A DNA stretch of 64,000 bases, taken from positions 241,698 through 305,697 of the forward strand of contig NW_027192191.1 in assembly GCF_041956535.1 (NCBI RefSeq). Direction: 5' to 3'. Numbering within the stretch: position 1 is the first letter of the stretch; every line of letters begins with the position of its first letter. The DNA comes from Calcarisporiella thermophila CBS 279.70 (taxonomy: Eukaryota > Fungi > Calcarisporiellomycota). The position numbers and the translations under genes are program-made. The notes under the pieces were generated by a model that did no database searches, was not told where the DNA came from, and saw only the letters and a list, made by a program, of their open reading frames with translations. Shown one piece after another: positions 61,211-64,000 of the stretch.

Positions 61211-63315
61211 TTAATCAAAGCAATAAATCTCTAGTCGCTCCACTCCATTATCGCTACCCTGCATTGCTGCTTCGGCTATTGTCCGTGCTACCATCAAATC
61301 ATCATCGTCCGTCATCAGCACAAGCTCGTTCTCTTCGTCGCGATACTTTAGACGAAGAGGCCTTGGGCTTCCAAACTTGTCTTGTATGCGGCGCATGAGT
61401 TCATTGTAAGTGACCTCGACATCAACCAGGAGCACACGGGTGTTGTCAGGTTGGGATTGATGATAACATTTTACCTTTAGCTGGAAAACATAAGGGATAA
61501 AGCTTTTGTCAATCGCCTGTATCGTTGAGAGGAAATTTCCAGTCTACTCTCTTACCTTGCCCTGCAAAGTTGAGATAGAACGGGCCGACATGGAGGTATC
61601 TTGGCGCCTCATGGGGAGTTTTTGTGGACCATTGGAGCGCAGTGAATCCTGTCGCGCCATAGGGTTAATCTTATTTTTGCTGAAGGATTTTAGGGGTCCT
61701 TGGTTGTATCGAGGCTATTGAAAAGAGGAATAAAAATGATGAATACCCCTTTATCCATTAATCATCCCTCCCCTCTCCAATCTCCTCCAAGCTGGGGAGC
61801 TTCTTCTCTTCGAAACTACTTACTTTATCGGCATATCGTCCATTCGAACCAGGATTGGAGCGACCCTGTCCTTTCTCAGGAGAGTATCTTACGTCGTTCG
61901 AGAATTGAGGGCTATCGTTGGATGACACGGAGCCGGGAGAGGAGAGGGCGGGTGGCGAGGATTCGCCGTTGCCTTCGTTGTAGTAGCCGTTGGGTGGGTA
62001 ATTTGACTTTGCATACCCGTTCATACCGCCGCCGCCGCCACCGCCCATGCGCATGTCACCCATTCTCCCGTCTTGGCCCCCGTTTTCCCCATCGTACCCG
62101 TAGGGGGTCGATTTTCCGTTGCCATTGTAGTACTCTTGGTCGTCCCGGTAGTAGAGGTCAAAGTACCCCGGGGTAAAGGGCTCCTGGTTTTGCATGTCGG
62201 ACAGGTCGGTGCGCTTGTTCATTTTTAGGCGCGTCGCGTTCATGGTGTTTTGCCGGCTGAGGTTGGGGGTGGGAGATCCGGGGAGGCCGCCTGGAGCGGG
62301 GGTGCCGCCGCGACTCATGGATCTCTGGGGAGGGAGCCTGGCGGAGGAGTCCTGTCTAGACAGGCTGTCCTTGTCCAGCACCGCTAAGGCGCGGGTGTCT
62401 TTCGGGGGAAGGATGGCCGCCTTGCCCACATTGGGTGCGGAGCTTGGCTTGTTGGCGCCACCGCCGCCTCCGCCACCTGAACCATTGGACACCGGTTTGG
62501 ACGGCTGTTTAACCGTTTCGGGGGGCATGAAGCCGGTGAAGGTGTCTCCGTTCAGACTGGCCACGACACGTGCGCTCCCCAGGTAGTCGACCTTTTTGAC
62601 GTTGCGAATTTTGTGTTCGGGCGGGCGGTAGAGGATCCCCGGTGGTATTGAGAAGACGGTGAAGCCGTCGCCCTGGGCGGCAATGGCCTCCTCGATGACC
62701 TCGTGAGCCTCTGTCTGCTTGTTTTTTCTCGAGTAGCTCAGATCTTCCATGCCCGCTTCGTAGTAGCCTTGGTTGAGGCGGGCCAGGCCCCGGTTGAACA
62801 AGACCTCGCATAGGTAGAGCTGGTGCTGCAGGCCCAACTGGTTGTAGTCGATCATGGAGTTCCCTCGCATGTTTTTTAGCGCAATGTCAAAGTCGGCCTC
62901 GGCGTCGACCATGTTCCCGAGGAGAAAGTTGGAGACGCCGCGCTGGAAGTAGGCAATCGCCATGAACTGGTCGCATTCGGCGGCCTTATCGAACCAGGGG
63001 AGGGCCTCCTCCTGCTGGCTGATATTTGCGTAGACCATTCCAATGTTGAAGTAGATTTTGGAGGATTCGGAGACGAGCTAGAGAGGGGGAGGGTTTGAAA
63101 TCTCCGAGAAACGAGAAGAGGAAGAGAGAGCACTCACTTTGAATGATTCTAAGCATTTTTCAAAATCCTGCTGATCAAAGTAATCGACAGCCGCCTGCCA
63201 GTTTTCTAGCTCATACTGAGAGGCACAGAGGAAGGAGGTGGAGGAGAAAATACGAAGACTTTCAGAACCAAGTGAGGAAGTTAAGAGGAGAGTTAGGACT
63301 TACTTTGAGAGACAT
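61211..63315 (-). CDS. noxR: NADPH oxidase regulator NoxR (p67phox homolog; TPR and PB1 domains)
   Basis: Motifs 'MSLK|YELENW', 'SKIYFNIG', 'AIAYFQRG', 'MRGNSMIDYNQLGL', 'CEVLFNRG' and 'DYLGSARVVA'; PB1 'LKVKCY...LRLKYRDEENELVLMTDDDDL'. Confidence 0.92.
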
Positions 63316-64000
63316 TTAAAAGCTGGGTGAGGTGGGGGGCGGCGAAGAGAGGGAGGAGGGTGTTGCTCAGTATTCTGGCGACCTTCAAGAGTGAGCGAAG
63401 GTGCAAGAAGAAGAGAGAAGAGGAAAGCGGAGAAGAGAGATAGCACACAAATAAATAGATAGCGTGGTGGATATGTACAAGGGCGTCTTTGCGTCGGCTC
63501 AGGCGTTATTATAAGACGAGAGGCATATGAGGGCGGAGCAGGAGGGCGCTTTGCAGCGGTGGAGATGAACAATTGAGGAATGAATCAGGGGAATGAGCCG
63601 CGCATGCAGAGCAGAGAGAAACAAAGGCAGCCGGAATCACACCGCAGGCGAGGAAGAGAGCAAGCGAGCAGCAGGGGAGAAAAGCACACACGGGCGAGGG
63701 TCGGGGAGGGGGGGCAAGATAAGGGAGCGCAGAGTCGCCCGATTTAAGCCAAGCAAGTGGAGATTTTTACCCTTATTTTTTTGGATGCTATGCCAATTGG
63801 GTTACGCGCAGGTAATTTAGCTGTGTGGGTCCGATTTGGGGGCGGAATTTGGTCTCGACATCGGCACGTTTGCGCAGGAATTCAATGCCGACCGCAGGCG
63901 GGCCAGAAAGGAAGGTGAGCGCATTAGAACACTTGGGTCAAAGGGACCATAAATCCCCCATCGGGTATTATTGCCGGAGCTCGAATCGTGGAATTGGGAG

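Overview
Gene-dense, intron-rich eukaryotic DNA from a fungus. It is most likely early-diverging (zygomycete-grade, Mucoromycota or Zoopagomycota): introns are short GT-AG with CTAAC/CTRAY-like branch points, the genes include NoxR, CreA and a PCTAIRE-type CDK5, and there is a U12-type minor intron, which Dikarya lack. About 29 protein-coding genes can be supported. Most are housekeeping: TRM732/THADA, BCKDH E2, HSF, a Ran1-like kinase, a PHO87/90/91 transporter, Sds3-like, NDUFB8, IMPDH, RPN2, BRF1, IML2/TTC39, CreA, an alcohol acetyltransferase, a Cys/Met PLP enzyme, DUF202, allantoinase, MCP1, NTAQ1, UPF3, CDK5-like and NoxR. Five things stand out. (1) A 12-kb stretch holds three secreted, bacterial-type hydrolase genes that carry spliceosomal introns: an actinobacterial-style M23 peptidase with an SH3b domain, a GH24 phage-type lysozyme and a HExxH metallopeptidase. 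Together they suggest a domesticated antibacterial arsenal. (2) An intronless protein with ten Myb repeats and an N-terminus resembling a mitochondrial presequence lies head-to-head with BRF1. (3) A U12 minor intron sits in the SPX exon of the phosphate transporter. (4) A box C/D snoRNA (snR54/SNORD59-like) is nested in an IMPDH intron. (5) The CDK has a GC-AG intron with a competing out-of-frame GT donor. All family assignments come from motif recognition by eye, not database searches, and exon boundaries were inferred manually.
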